From assembly GCA_004212135.1 (NCBI GenBank), contig RXIE01000127.1, forward strand, positions 1,565-65,564: 64,000 bases of DNA. The letters run 5' to 3'. This document shows positions 1-10,386 of the stretch, piece after piece. Source of the stretch: Candidatus Methanophagales archaeon ANME-1-THS. GTDB taxonomy: Archaea; Halobacteriota; Syntropharchaeia; Alkanophagales; Methanospirareceae. The translations under genes and the position numbers were made by a program. The notes under the pieces are model-generated. The model did no database searches. It was not told the DNA's origin and was given only the letters and a program-made list of their open reading frames with translations. Each line of letters starts with the position of its first letter. Position 1 is the stretch's first letter.

Positions 1-286
1 CGTCCACCTCGCCCTTCACATGATATCTCCTTGACGCTAAATAAACCGAAACATCCTTCTTCACGCACTGCAATTTCTTCCTTATGTAGCTCTTATTCAC
101 CTTCTCCCTCGCCTCGTGCAAATCCCTACCCTTTAAAACCTTATACCGCTTCTCTTCGTGCTGCGGTATCCCCAGACAATACATGAAATAGGTGAACCTC
201 TTGCAAAATAGGTATTCCATCACGTCCGAGACCGTAATGAACACCTCAGGCTCCAATTTCGGCTCATGCGACACCTCCGATTCCAT
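1..286 (-). CDS. cas4: CRISPR-associated exonuclease Cas4 (5' part; runs off the window edge)
   Basis: Manual translation from ATG 286: MESEVSHEPKLEPEVFITVSDVMEYLFCKRFTYFMYCLGIPQHEEKRYKVLKGRDLHE...YHVKGEVD. Shows the Cas4 N-terminal Cys motif (YxxCxR), GxxxH and GxxD. Lies downstream of cas1-cas2. Confidence 0.92.
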   Translation of the reverse strand, partial: MESEVSHEPKLEPEVFITVSDVMEYLFCKRFTYFMYCLGIPQHEEKRYKVLKGRDLHEAREKVNKSYIRKKLQCVKKDVSVYLASRRYHVKGEVD

Positions 287-345
287 GCCCCTAGCCCTCT
301 CTTTCCATTATTCACCTGTTTTCTTTTCCGTCAAGGCGTTTCTTT

Positions 346-384
346 CTGCGAAGCGATTTTGATAAAACTTTTCCTAAAAGGTTT
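346..384. repeat. Short dispersed hairpin repeat, copy A (cas2-cas4 spacer)
   Basis: ctgcgaagcgattttgataaaacttttcctaaaaggttt; first 35 nt match 711-745 with 2 mismatches. Confidence 0.8.
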
Positions 385-399
385 AAAGAAAAGGGTTGA

Positions 400-693
<294 letters not shown>

Positions 694-710
694 TTACCCT
701 TTTCCTAAAA

Positions 711-749
711 CTGCGAAGCGTTTTTGATCAAACTTTTCCTAAAAGTTTG
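711..749. repeat. Short dispersed hairpin repeat, copy B (overlaps the cas1 stop codon)
   Basis: ctgcgaagcgtttttgatcaaacttttcctaaaagtttg; contains the perfect stem aaactttt-cct-aaaagttt and a GCGAAGC mini-hairpin. Confidence 0.8.
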
Positions 750-1702
750 TTCGCAATTCGGTGGCACTCAAATTGGATCACGTTTTTCGTCTTTATATTC
801 CGTCCCTTATACTTGATCGTCTTCTCAAACGTCTCGTTAAGCGCTTCTATCAGCACCGCTTTTCCCTCTTTATTCAAACTCACGCCGTTCTGTATCTTAT
901 CAAAATATTCCTCCTTTACCTCCCGTTTGCTGAACAGATGAACTACCGTCTCGTCCACAAACGTTCTGAACATCTCGATAATGTCAAAGACCAGCGATTT
1001 CTTGTTGTAGTTATCAGTATGCAGAAAGCCGATATAAGGGTCTAAACCCGAAATTATGCACGCCTTCTCCACCATTGAGTACAAGACGCCATAGCCATAA
1101 TTTAACATGGCATTAAACCCATCCCTCGCCGGATTCCTGCTCCGACTGTCAAATTTGAATTTATCTGGTACGATTGATGAGAGTGCTTCGAAGTACGTTC
1201 TGGATGCCATACCCTCTATCCCTAAAATCGTTTGCCTCCTTTCTTCAACAGTGCCTTTTAAACCCTTCATCCGCTCCTTCAATTGCTCTATCTCATTTAT
1301 GCAGCTTTCTAACTCGTCTTTCTTCTCTGCTCTCGTCTTCTTCAACCTTTTTAAAAACTCGATTTGATTGTCAAACTTTTGGACCCCCCATTTCTTCGCC
1401 AGGTTTAATCCTTCCTCCTTCTCATACAGCTCCAGTTGTCTCCTTCTTATTAACGTCGTGCTTCCCAGCTTGGGGTGCCACACCCTTCCATAAGGGTCTC
1501 CATAAGAATCGAGAAAAACGATGTCTATATTGTTCTCCACAGCAAACTTGATCGCATCCGTGGAAATATACGCAGCCGTAGCGATCAAAATGCTGTCAAC
1601 TCTATTCACCGAGACTTCAAATACCTTATCCTCTTTTCTCACCAAAAAACAGTTTCCCTTCTTCCTTAGATAGGATCCATAAGTGTTAATCACCAATTGC
1701 AT
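728..1702 (-). CDS. cas1: CRISPR-associated endonuclease Cas1
   Basis: 324 aa; GIEG..SRTYF, NAMLNYGY, GLDPYIGFLH and SLVFDIIEMFR motifs. Confidence 0.98.
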   Translation of the reverse strand: MQLVINTYGSYLRKKGNCFLVRKEDKVFEVSVNRVDSILIATAAYISTDAIKFAVENNIDIVFLDSYGDPYGRVWHPKLGSTTLIRRRQLELYEKEEGLNLAKKWGVQKFDNQIEFLKRLKKTRAEKKDELESCINEIEQLKERMKGLKGTVEERRQTILGIEGMASRTYFEALSSIVPDKFKFDSRSRNPARDGFNAMLNYGYGVLYSMVEKACIISGLDPYIGFLHTDNYNKKSLVFDIIEMFRTFVDETVVHLFSKREVKEEYFDKIQNGVSLNKEGKAVLIEALNETFEKTIKYKGRNIKTKNVIQFECHRIANKLLGKV

Positions 1703-2133
1703 TTTTTACGCTTTTTCACTCTTTTATCTGCTACTACATATTGGTTCTCATATACATTTTTGCCTCGTAAAGTCATAATTATCTCATAAAGTATATAAAT
1801 CTATGTACTACTTACTTATCTATACGTGTTATCAACATCCAGCGCATTCACTTACCTGCGGATTCCACCATCAAATCAAAAGGCCAATCAAAAAATTTCA
1901 GTGCCATACTTAATGTAATGTTTGTTACTCGTGGAAATATTGTTATGGGTTAATAATAAATACATAGCGATCCTACCTACTTAAACCTATTCAGGTATTG
2001 GCAAAGCTAGAGCTGAGACATCACCCAACAAGGGTTTCATATATATGCGATCCACGATAGGGTGAGAAGGTGAAGAAATAAGGCGCTATGTGGGGCGCAT
2101 ACGCTGTATCTGGAACGTTAAAGGTGGTGAAAG

Positions 2134-3177
2134 ATGAAAGCGAAAAACATGTTAGTGATAAGCATACTGATTATACTCCTGTTGGGTATTGGTATCGGAA
2201 TTGGTATAGCAAATACAGAAGTAAATGTGGGTGCAAATAGCCAAAAATTTTCAAAGAGTGATCTAAAAGAACTCTATTGCAAATACAAGGTAACGGAAAA
2301 CGACATCAAATTTGCGAAGGGCGAGTTGCCTCACTACTTAACTGGAACAATTCTGGATGGCAATGTTAGAGTCATAGTATCAGAGACGGGTGCACCTCCA
2401 GAGGGATTTAAAAAAGGAGAGCATTACGACGTGGTAATCGGCGTAGATGAGATGTTTGCCATAATAGATGAAGCGTGCGAGAGATTTATCGAGAAATACG
2501 GTGTAGACCCTGGAAACCCCAAATTGGACGCTGTCGATGGCGTTCCTCTTCCCAAGGAAGAAGTAAAGAAGCTTGTTAAAAGCAGAAAGTTTGATTCAGG
2601 GGATGCAGAACCTTCGGTGGGTATCCTCGGTGGGCCTTTAGAGGGTCCGCATGCGATTGATGGAAACCTGTATGCGCATGTATTCATAGCAAAAGATACT
2701 CGACATAAACCGAGAGAATTGGTGACTGGTGACACGAGCGCTGCGTTGTCTCGATTTGAAACTCAGTTCGGTGTTAACATGGTCTGGTACTGGTATTTTG
2801 GCTATTGGAATGCTGGTGATATTAGCCCAGCAAGCAGTTGCATGAACGCACTTGGGGATTTAGCTGAAGATGAAGCTTGGGTAGTGGACGCTGAAAATGA
2901 TATTGTAATAGGATGGCTCCATGACATGGATCACAACGGTATGGCATTTCTGGATGGATTCTATGCGGTATGTTCAGATACAGCACGCGGAGTCGATTGG
3001 TCACATGACAGTATCGTTCAACATGAGGTCTCCCATCTCTTCAATGCACCTGACCATGGTCGAGCTGGTCCAAACTGTATAATGACTGAATGGTATGCCT
3101 ACTGGGGTAAAGAGGTATGGTGCGCCAGTTGCGAGGCTACCGTTAATGAAAATATATGGGGCGGAGAAATTGATTAG
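2134..3177 (+). CDS. Secreted zinc metalloprotease, metzincin (M12/reprolysin-like)
   Basis: N-terminal signal peptide; HEVSHLFNAPDH (HExxHxx[G/N]xxH) followed by a CIM Met-turn. Confidence 0.8.
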   Translation: MKAKNMLVISILIILLLGIGIGIGIANTEVNVGANSQKFSKSDLKELYCKYKVTENDIKFAKGELPHYLTGTILDGNVRVIVSETGAPPEGFKKGEHYDVVIGVDEMFAIIDEACERFIEKYGVDPGNPKLDAVDGVPLPKEEVKKLVKSRKFDSGDAEPSVGILGGPLEGPHAIDGNLYAHVFIAKDTRHKPRELVTGDTSAALSRFETQFGVNMVWYWYFGYWNAGDISPASSCMNALGDLAEDEAWVVDAENDIVIGWLHDMDHNGMAFLDGFYAVCSDTARGVDWSHDSIVQHEVSHLFNAPDHGRAGPNCIMTEWYAYWGKEVWCASCEATVNENIWGGEID

Positions 3178-3247
3178 AAAGAAGCCGAACCAGAATCTAA
3201 TTACTGCCTACTTTTGTATGTTTAGAAAGGGCAACTGAACTAAGAAG

Positions 3248-3670
3248 ATGAGAAAACGAACTGCGATTGTACTGGGACTGGGGATTGCGATGGTACTCGC
3301 GATCAGTTTTTTTATTCTCTATCCTTATGTGCTCATGGGTCCACCACTGCACCTCTTCAGCATCCAGAACAGGGATGGTACGGACGCGCACGAGGTGCTC
3401 GTCGAGATCATTGATTCCGAGCATCAACCTATCTTCACAGAAACGATTGTCGTAGCTCCAAACGAAGAAATAAGCTACCCAAAACCATTATGGTTAAAAT
3501 TAACGCGGTCAAGAGGCGAATATACCTTCAACGTCAGAGTGGATAATACGTTTACCGAGACCTGTACGACCGAGGTAGATCCGTGGCTGGAGGTGCTCAT
3601 AGCCCTCTATGCCAGAGATCCTCGCTCCGGAGAGATTCGGCCGCTTACCATAACACGCGTGGTGGTGTAA
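3248..3670 (+). CDS. Single-pass membrane-anchored hypothetical protein (paralog 1)
   Basis: N-terminal TM helix then a beta-rich domain; shares FS..N.D..H.V.VEI.D...PIFT...RGEY.FNV with 3734-4129. Confidence 0.75.
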   Translation: MRKRTAIVLGLGIAMVLAISFFILYPYVLMGPPLHLFSIQNRDGTDAHEVLVEIIDSEHQPIFTETIVVAPNEEISYPKPLWLKLTRSRGEYTFNVRVDNTFTETCTTEVDPWLEVLIALYARDPRSGEIRPLTITRVVV

Positions 3671-3733
3671 CCTCCTGAAGATTCTTCAAGCATGTAGTCC
3701 TTATGCAGGAGAAATGCTATTTATGTACCTGAG

Positions 3734-4129
3734 ATGAAACCCCTAACGAAAGTACTCATCGGCATAACTATTGTCGCGTGCGTAGCACTTGCATCTTGGT
3801 ATCTCTTCTTTAACGTCTACCTCTCGCCGGGTACCGAACCGCTCCGGTTCTCTCTCCTGAATAAAGACACAGCTATTCATACTGTAACGGTGGAGATATT
3901 CGATCCTGCGAACAACCCTATCTTCACGACCACTTACACGCTCAGACCCCAGGAAAGTATACAATCACCGGAGCTAGCCGCAAGACGAGGCGAATATCTA
4001 TTTAACGTCATGCTTGATACGACAACAACAGTGCAGCATCAGGCGTATGTGGCAGAGGGCAATTTTGGTGTAATGGTCACCATATACTCCGGTAGTCAGA
4101 TTCATATCGCTAACCTGATGGGTGATTAA
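3734..4129 (+). CDS. Single-pass membrane-anchored hypothetical protein (paralog 2)
   Basis: Same architecture and shared motifs as 3248-3670. Confidence 0.75.
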   Translation: MKPLTKVLIGITIVACVALASWYLFFNVYLSPGTEPLRFSLLNKDTAIHTVTVEIFDPANNPIFTTTYTLRPQESIQSPELAARRGEYLFNVMLDTTTTVQHQAYVAEGNFGVMVTIYSGSQIHIANLMGD

Positions 4130-4279
4130 GTGCTGCGAGGTGCGACGCCACTCCTGACACCCCTTTCTCGAAAAGAAAGCATTACCAACAACCTTTTTTT
4201 TTATCTTCGGTAAAAAACCTTGATTGAAAAATGCCGCACGCCCAAGTCTAGAGTGCTCCTTAGTGCTCTCGTGTAATGA

Positions 4280-4363
4280 TGCGGGGGGAGGGATTTGAAC
4301 CCTCGAATCCCTACGGAACAGGATCTTAAGTCCTGCGCCTTCGTCCACCTCGGCCACCCCCGC
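4280..4363 (-). tRNA. tRNA-Leu (anticodon UAA)
   Basis: Reverse complement gcgggggtggccgaggtggacgaaggcgcaggacTTAAgatcctgttccgtagggattcgagggttcaaatccctccccccgca. Shows acceptor stem, cagga/tcctg anticodon stem with loop CTTAAGA, long variable arm and GTTCAAATC T-loop. Confidence 0.96.
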
Positions 4364-4613
4364 ATCTCTCACTCTCTGCTCACCTTTAAGGCGCTCATGC
4401 ATTTATTTTTAGTGCTCGTCATTCGTTAGACCAGCGCATAGCTAACACCAGGTGGTAATTAAACCTATGTTTCTTGATATATTAGGTTGCATACTCTGTC
4501 TTCACTGAATGTATAGCCCCAGAATACGCGAATACACACGCTCGTACAGGATCAAAACCGGATAAGTTTTTATAGATAGTCGGAGAACGTAGAAGCAGAT
4601 AAACGAAAAGGAG

Positions 4614-5324
4614 GTGATAACCATGATAAGAAGAACAGGAGTGTTTGCACCGATCGTGATCGGAGTGCTTATTCTGGGGATGATCGGACTGGGTACCGCA
4701 CTTGCTGCTGAGCAAGCCACAACGACAGAAGCAGTACATTTCTCCAAGCTCATTTCGTTCTTGCCTGATCCACCGTCCGGATGGAGAGGCGAAGAACCGT
4801 TTGGCACGATGCAGACGTACGAAGGAGGGAGCTGGAGCACAGCAGCACGAAGTTACCAGAAGTTGGGTGGAGAAGATTTGACCGCTGAAGTCATGATTAC
4901 CGATTATGCATTATATGCGACCGGGTGGTTAGGTGCATGGAATCGGTTCTACGCATTCGAGTCCACCGAGGGCTATATCAAGTCGGTCACCATCGACGGA
5001 TTTCCAGCTTGGGAGGTCTACACCAGAGATACAAATGATTATAGCTTATATGTGGGTATCAATGACCGATTCCTGGTCTTTATTACCACGGACAGCGATA
5101 AGAACATGCTCGATAAGTTAGCCGATTCGATCGATTTCAAGGGAATTGCCGCATTGGGTAAAGGGGCACCTGCTCCCACAGTAACGGGAAAACCAACGCC
5201 AACACCCGCGGAGGAGACGCATACCGAACCGCCAGCCGAGGAGGGTAAGACACCGGGTTTCGAGGCGGTATTCGCACTTGCAGGGCTCCTGGTGGTACTG
5301 TATCTCGTGAGAAGGGATAATTAA
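4614..5324 (+). CDS. Secreted cell-surface protein with PGF-CTERM sorting signal
   Basis: Signal peptide, Pro/Thr-rich linker, C-terminal TPGFEAVFALAGLLVVLYLVRRDN. Confidence 0.85.
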   Translation: MITMIRRTGVFAPIVIGVLILGMIGLGTALAAEQATTTEAVHFSKLISFLPDPPSGWRGEEPFGTMQTYEGGSWSTAARSYQKLGGEDLTAEVMITDYALYATGWLGAWNRFYAFESTEGYIKSVTIDGFPAWEVYTRDTNDYSLYVGINDRFLVFITTDSDKNMLDKLADSIDFKGIAALGKGAPAPTVTGKPTPTPAEETHTEPPAEEGKTPGFEAVFALAGLLVVLYLVRRDN

Positions 5325-5416
5325 ATCCCTTCTTTTTTCCCCGAAAGAAACCCCGGCTTACGGTTCGTTACTACTTCTGTTTTTGCTGAATTGCGCGCTT
5401 CACCGACTTCAGGAAC

Positions 5417-6481
5417 TCAATAGATAACGCGCTCAAGTGCATCGTCCCTGACTGCTTCCTTTATTTCACGTGCGATTCGCCTCCCGGTACTCATCGGCTC
5501 AGGGTACAGGAGGTGGGAATAGGGCGAGCCATTGATGTACAGATTGGTGCCCGCAACAATTCGGGCTGAGATCTCGAAGGCGATAAATTCCATATCCTCA
5601 GTGCTGATCGTTTCCAGACAGAATGGTCCGATCAGACCCGGACTGAAGAGCTCCTGGGATGCCTTGACTACGCGCTGCCCCATCTCCAGGATCTGTGGTA
5701 AGAGCGATTCCCGTGCAACGACCGGTATATTTCCTGTTACCACAAAGGAGGGCTCCGGAGGATTATCCTGTAAAATCGTGGCGAGCCGCGAGATCCCATC
5801 AATGTTCGACTCATACCGGATATCCATGCTGAGCAGCTCCACCCGATCCTTCAGGGGTGAATAAAAATAATGGGGGTAGAACCTGGTTCCTATGACAAAC
5901 TCCTGGATGGTAAATCGCTCTTTATCGCGGAGCTTCAGCTTCTCCAACTTCCGCTCAAACTCCTCAGGCTTACTCGCGATAAAATAGCCCCGACCGCCCT
6001 TCGCGCCCGGGAATTTGACGAGCACCAATCGATCAATATTCTCTGGAGTTTTGAACTCCTTGGGAAGTCGTAAACCAGCATGAGCCAACCAGGTCCGCTC
6101 CTTTACTCGATCTGATTCCCATTCCAGGACCATTCGGTTTCCAAACAGAGGAATACGGAGTTCAGTTTCGATCCGTTGCGGCGAGAGATACTCCACAAAG
6201 GATCCGTGCGGGATGAGGATAACATTCCGGTCTCTCAGTCGCTGCATAAACTCCTCATCTAGGCATTGCTGGTACTCATCAACCATCAGAACTTCGTCAG
6301 CCACGCCGAACTGCTGGTAAACCGCTTCCACACCTCGTTTACAGATCACCAGATTCCTGAACCCCTCGTCTCGCGCTCCTTTGAGTATCTGGAGTGCTGT
6401 ATGACTCCCCATGGTAGCGAGTGTGAGCCCGTCTCGGGCATAACCGTCCAGCAGGCGATGAATTTCGCTGATCGAGATCAT
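5417..6481 (-). CDS. purP: Formate--phosphoribosylaminoimidazolecarboxamide ligase (PurP)
   Basis: ATMGSHTALQI, KGGRGYF, FEISARIVAGTN. Start moved to MISISEIH (6481), directly after the upstream paralog. Confidence 0.92.
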   Translation of the reverse strand: MISISEIHRLLDGYARDGLTLATMGSHTALQILKGARDEGFRNLVICKRGVEAVYQQFGVADEVLMVDEYQQCLDEEFMQRLRDRNVILIPHGSFVEYLSPQRIETELRIPLFGNRMVLEWESDRVKERTWLAHAGLRLPKEFKTPENIDRLVLVKFPGAKGGRGYFIASKPEEFERKLEKLKLRDKERFTIQEFVIGTRFYPHYFYSPLKDRVELLSMDIRYESNIDGISRLATILQDNPPEPSFVVTGNIPVVARESLLPQILEMGQRVVKASQELFSPGLIGPFCLETISTEDMEFIAFEISARIVAGTNLYINGSPYSHLLYPEPMSTGRRIAREIKEAVRDDALERVIY

Positions 6482-6482
6482 C

Positions 6483-7610
6483 TCAGGTAACCGTCTCCTC
6501 CAATCGGTTCTGTTGAATCGCTTTCCGGATTTCCAGAGCCACCCGCTTCCCGATCGAAAGTGACTCTCCGTAGAGGTAGCCCGGATAGGGCGTGAAACAG
6601 GTCCCCGGAGAGCCCTGCACACGCAGCGAGATATCAAAAACGACCGCTCGTTCCTCCGGAGGGCCGGGAATGAACGTGGACTGCAACGCAAAGGGACCAA
6701 TGATACCCGGCGGATAGACCTCTCGCGCAACGCGGACAAACTTCTCGCCCAGCTCGAAGATCTGCTCTAATAGCGATTCCTTTACCGTACAGGCGATATG
6801 GCCCGCCTCGATAGCTTTGACCTCAAGGTACTTCAATGCCTCTAACTGCTGCGATGCTGGGAGACGAAGAATGCCATCGAGATTCGTCTGTCTCCTGGTA
6901 TCAACCCCTAACAGTTCCAGTCGCGCATCTAAAAGCGAGTAGAAGTAATTGAAGTTGAACTGCGCGCCTATCACAAATTCCTCGATGACCGCTTTCTTCA
7001 GCCCTTCAGCCGTTATCCTTCCCTCTCGGAGCATCTGATCGGATCTTGTATAAAACTCTTCGGGAGAAGAGGCGAAGAAGAATGCTCGTTCGTACGTCCG
7101 CTGTGCCTCCGGCGCCTTAACCAGAACCAGGCGGTCGATCTCCTCAGGACTCTTATATACCCGGGGATAAGGAATCCCACCTTTCTCCATCAGATAATAC
7201 TGATTCTTCTCCGCGTCCCGTTCCTCGGCACGAAGCATACCCCTCGATCCGAAGAGGGGCAGAAGAAATTCGTCTTCGATACGGTCAAAGCCCACATAGA
7301 CCTCAAACGAGCGGTGCGGGATAAAAATAACATTATTCGCACGCATCTGCTTCTGGACTCGTTCCTCGGTTATATCTGAAAATCGATCAAGGATAATCGT
7401 CTGATCCACAACGCCGCGAGAATCTCCTGCTCGATAGTAGCGGTCATATGTCTTCTCCCTGCCCTTCTGGCACACTACCAGTGTTCTGAAGCCCAGGTCC
7501 TTCGCTCCGCGACAGATATCCAGTGCGGAATGTGATCCAAGCACACCGATGGTTATCTCATCCTTATGGTAGTCCGCTAAAATCCCTCTAATCTCTTCTC
7601 GTGCGATCAT
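6483..7610 (-). CDS. PurP-family paralog (DUF1246/DUF1297 ATP-grasp)
   Basis: GVLGSHSALDI, IPHRSF, QTNLDG and GPFALQ motifs of the second archaeal PurP-like clade. Confidence 0.88.
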   Translation of the reverse strand: MIAREEIRGILADYHKDEITIGVLGSHSALDICRGAKDLGFRTLVVCQKGREKTYDRYYRAGDSRGVVDQTIILDRFSDITEERVQKQMRANNVIFIPHRSFEVYVGFDRIEDEFLLPLFGSRGMLRAEERDAEKNQYYLMEKGGIPYPRVYKSPEEIDRLVLVKAPEAQRTYERAFFFASSPEEFYTRSDQMLREGRITAEGLKKAVIEEFVIGAQFNFNYFYSLLDARLELLGVDTRRQTNLDGILRLPASQQLEALKYLEVKAIEAGHIACTVKESLLEQIFELGEKFVRVAREVYPPGIIGPFALQSTFIPGPPEERAVVFDISLRVQGSPGTCFTPYPGYLYGESLSIGKRVALEIRKAIQQNRLEETVT

Positions 7611-7775
7611 AGAATAGAAATATTGTGTTTTATTACGCCATTAATTTTATAAACTTTGGATATTAGTAGTAAAAAGACGAGCGTCAGGAAAGAGGGTACA
7701 GGATACGCTCAACCACAGTGATGCGACGAACCGGGATGGTGGTGAGGAAGTTTATAAGCACGTGGTAGTACCAAA

Positions 7776-8495
7776 ATGACTCAAATAGACCGACCGACGG
7801 TCTTTATAAATGCCGCAATGAGCGCGGATGGCAAGATCTCCACAGTACAAGGTACACAGACGAGGATCAGCGGCAAGAAAGATCGGGATCGGGTCGACGC
7901 GTTAAAGGCCGGAAGCGATGCGATAATGGTCGGTATCGGCACGGTCCTCGCGGATAACCCATCATTAACCGTGAAATCCAAAAAGAGGCGTGAAAAACGA
8001 AAGGCAGAGGGACTGGATGAAAATCCGGTTCGGATCGTGGTGGACAGTACCGCGAGAACGCCGGTTGAGGCCGAACTCCTGGTGAAAGGCGAAGGGAAAC
8101 GAATAATCGCAGTGTCTCAGCGCGCTGTTCTCGAGGATATAAACCGATTGGGAAAGAAAGCGGAGATTTTGATCTGTGGCACGGAAGAAGTAGACCTGAA
8201 GAAGCTGCTCTACGAGTTGTGGCTCCGTGATATACGCCGGGTAATGGTCGAGGGCGGTGCAACGCTCAACTGGTCTTTGATCTCGCAGGGGCTCGTTGAT
8301 GAGCTCTATACCTATGTGGGCAACATGATACTCGGGGGCAAAACTGCACCAACGCTCGTCGGTGGCAAGGGCTTCGGGGCGGACGATGCAGTGGTAAAGC
8401 TCGAGCTATTAGATATGGAGAAGCTGGATGAAGGTGTCTTGCTCCGCTGGCGTGTTACTGCCAAAGGAGGTGAGATGGAGAATGAAACTGCCTGA
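7776..8495 (+). CDS. arfC: 2,5-diamino-6-(ribosylamino)-4(3H)-pyrimidinone 5'-phosphate reductase (archaeal RibD/Rib7)
   Basis: NAAMSADGKI, VGIGTVLADNPSL and MVEGGATLN motifs. Confidence 0.9.
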   Translation: MTQIDRPTVFINAAMSADGKISTVQGTQTRISGKKDRDRVDALKAGSDAIMVGIGTVLADNPSLTVKSKKRREKRKAEGLDENPVRIVVDSTARTPVEAELLVKGEGKRIIAVSQRAVLEDINRLGKKAEILICGTEEVDLKKLLYELWLRDIRRVMVEGGATLNWSLISQGLVDELYTYVGNMILGGKTAPTLVGGKGFGADDAVVKLELLDMEKLDEGVLLRWRVTAKGGEMENETA

Positions 8496-8742
8496 TGCAA
8501 TAAAGAATTTAAATGATCTTGCATACCTCACGAGGAGGAAGCTGGAGAATGAGAATGGTGAGCAGAGGGGCGCGGTCGTGATGTGGCGAACGAAAGGTGC
8601 CGAGGAATTTAACTACCTGCTCCAGTGCCCTTTCTGTGGCGTGGAAGAACAATCACAGGCCTTTTTCAAGAAGAGACCTTATCGAGTGCAGTGTAGCAAC
8701 TGCGGGAAGAGTATCCTGATCGAGAAGCTTGCGCCAAAATAA
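8482..8742 (+). CDS. Small zinc-ribbon protein
   Basis: CPFC...CSNC; start MKLPD overlaps the arfC end. Confidence 0.65.
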   Translation: MKLPDAIKNLNDLAYLTRRKLENENGEQRGAVVMWRTKGAEEFNYLLQCPFCGVEEQSQAFFKKRPYRVQCSNCGKSILIEKLAPK

Positions 8743-8761
8743 CAGTTCATGCTTGGAATAA

Positions 8762-9426
8762 ATGCCATATTACCTTTTAGAATTCAGATTCCACGGATCT
8801 GCTAAAAATATCTTAGGGAGTTAATTTTTGACGTTGCGAGGCGCTTTCATGTTAGAGGTGTAACAAGAAAAAGACCAGTTTCGCACGTTACGTTGGCAGG
8901 TCCTTTTGAAACGAGAAGTATAAAAAGAGTAATTAACGATGTGGAAAATGTTGCTAAAAATTATGACCTCGTGAATTTTCAACTCAAAGGGTTTGGTTAT
9001 TTCGATAACCCCAATGGCAAGGTTATTTTCGCAGATATTGAGCCCTCAAAAGAACTTGAAGAACTGCGGTGGGAATTAGCAACGAGATTAACGAAGTATG
9101 CTGAACTCAAAGAATGGGATAAAGATAAAAAATTTTCATTTCACGCCACAATCGCTTTTAAGGACATTGATAGGAAATTCCCTGACATTTGGAGATACCT
9201 GAAAAGCAAAGAAGTCCCAAACATCAACCAATATCTCTTGAGAATAACGATTTTAGGAAAAGGTCGTAGAATAGTGTGCGAATATGACCTCATGCTTAAG
9301 AGGATATTAAATCGAAGACAGGCTTTAAGCAAGAAAATATGGATAATAACCAAATTCATATTGAGATTAAAGTTGTTCCGTAGAAGGTTGGTGGGTGCGA
9401 TTAAAAAGATATTCTGGTGGTCGTAA
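8762..9426 (+). pseudogene. 2H-phosphoesterase (2'-5' RNA ligase-like), frameshifted
   Basis: Two HxT motifs (SHVTL, FHATI). The ATG 8762 frame (MPYYLLEFRFHGSAK) joins the 8893-9426 frame only if one A is added to the A5 run at 8804-8808. Confidence 0.75.
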
Positions 9427-9464
9427 TGATATACCTCATAAGCGATCTGCATTTAAAAGAGTGA
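9426..9464 (+). pseudogene. Remnant of a calcineurin-like metallophosphoesterase N-terminus
   Basis: TAATG-coupled to the upstream gene; reads MIYLISDLHLKE*, i.e. the DxH motif I, then stops. Confidence 0.55.
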
Positions 9465-9528
9465 AAAACGAAGAGATGAGGTAAGATTTTACAAAATAAA
9501 ATTGAAGGTTTAAAGCTCACTGACAGAA

Positions 9529-10299
9529 TTAACAGAAATTTTCAGTTATATACACCTTATCATCGTTTGAAATAGCTACACCAATCCCTTCGCTCATCCA
9601 ATAAGTGGTTAAAATATTCTGTCTATGTCCTTGGCTATTCATCCATCCTTGAACAGTGTATTCAGCTATTTCCTCCTGAGTGTTCCAATCATAAGAGGGA
9701 ACTCCATCCTAGTAAGTTACTGAACTGTATAAATTGTTTTGAAAAATATTCTCAGCACCCATATAGATGTAATTTCCTACACATACTTCACAATTAAAGC
9801 CTTCTTGTTGGTATCTATAAGAAAAATCGTGACCTTCTGGATCACTATGACTAAAATAGTTCCTATTAGCCATGTCTTGACTGTGCTTTCTCGCAATGAT
9901 ATTCAATGTATCATTCCATGATAAGGCAGGCAATCCTCGTTTATCTCTTTCTTCGTTTATCAGATCGTGAATTTGTTTTTCTAGTTCGAGGATATTGATT
10001 TCTGGTTTTGATGAAGTCACAAGAGGTGAATAATCGCCTGATTCGTTCCACCAACTACCAATATCTTTACCTACACTTTGAAAAGACGATTGAATTTTGC
10101 CAGATTGGTAAGCAGAATATAAAAAATAACCAGCAAGTGCTACAACAGCTAAAATTGTCAGGGCAGTTATAGCTTTTTTAATTTTCTTTTCTCTTTCTTT
10201 TCTATATTTGTATCTCAGTTTTCTATAAACAATAGTGCCTTGACCCCCAAGATGTTCAATGTAATATCTGTAATGTTCACCTTTGAGATAGAGGTCCCA
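9529..10299 (-). pseudogene. Membrane-anchored CAP/SCP-domain protein, disrupted
   Basis: CAP motifs LINEER, ARKHSQDMA, YFSH, GAENI, then in-frame TAG at 9709-9711. The frame continues to GWMNSQGHRQNIL...GIGVA...VYITENFC* (9529). Upstream it is open through a TM helix to a TGA at 10300-10302. Confidence 0.8.
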
Positions 10300-10386
10300 T
10301 CAGCGACCAGTTTTTTTTCGCTATCTTATATGCCTTATTATAAACCCATTGGGGTACTTCCTTTTCATCTACCTCTTCCCAACCAG

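Noticed and set aside
3998-4402. 134-aa minus-strand ORF
   Set aside because: It spans tRNA-Leu and has no protein features.
6482-6739. 86-aa N-terminal extension of the 5417-6739 ORF
   Set aside because: It overlaps the upstream PurP paralog in another frame; PurP homology starts at 6481.
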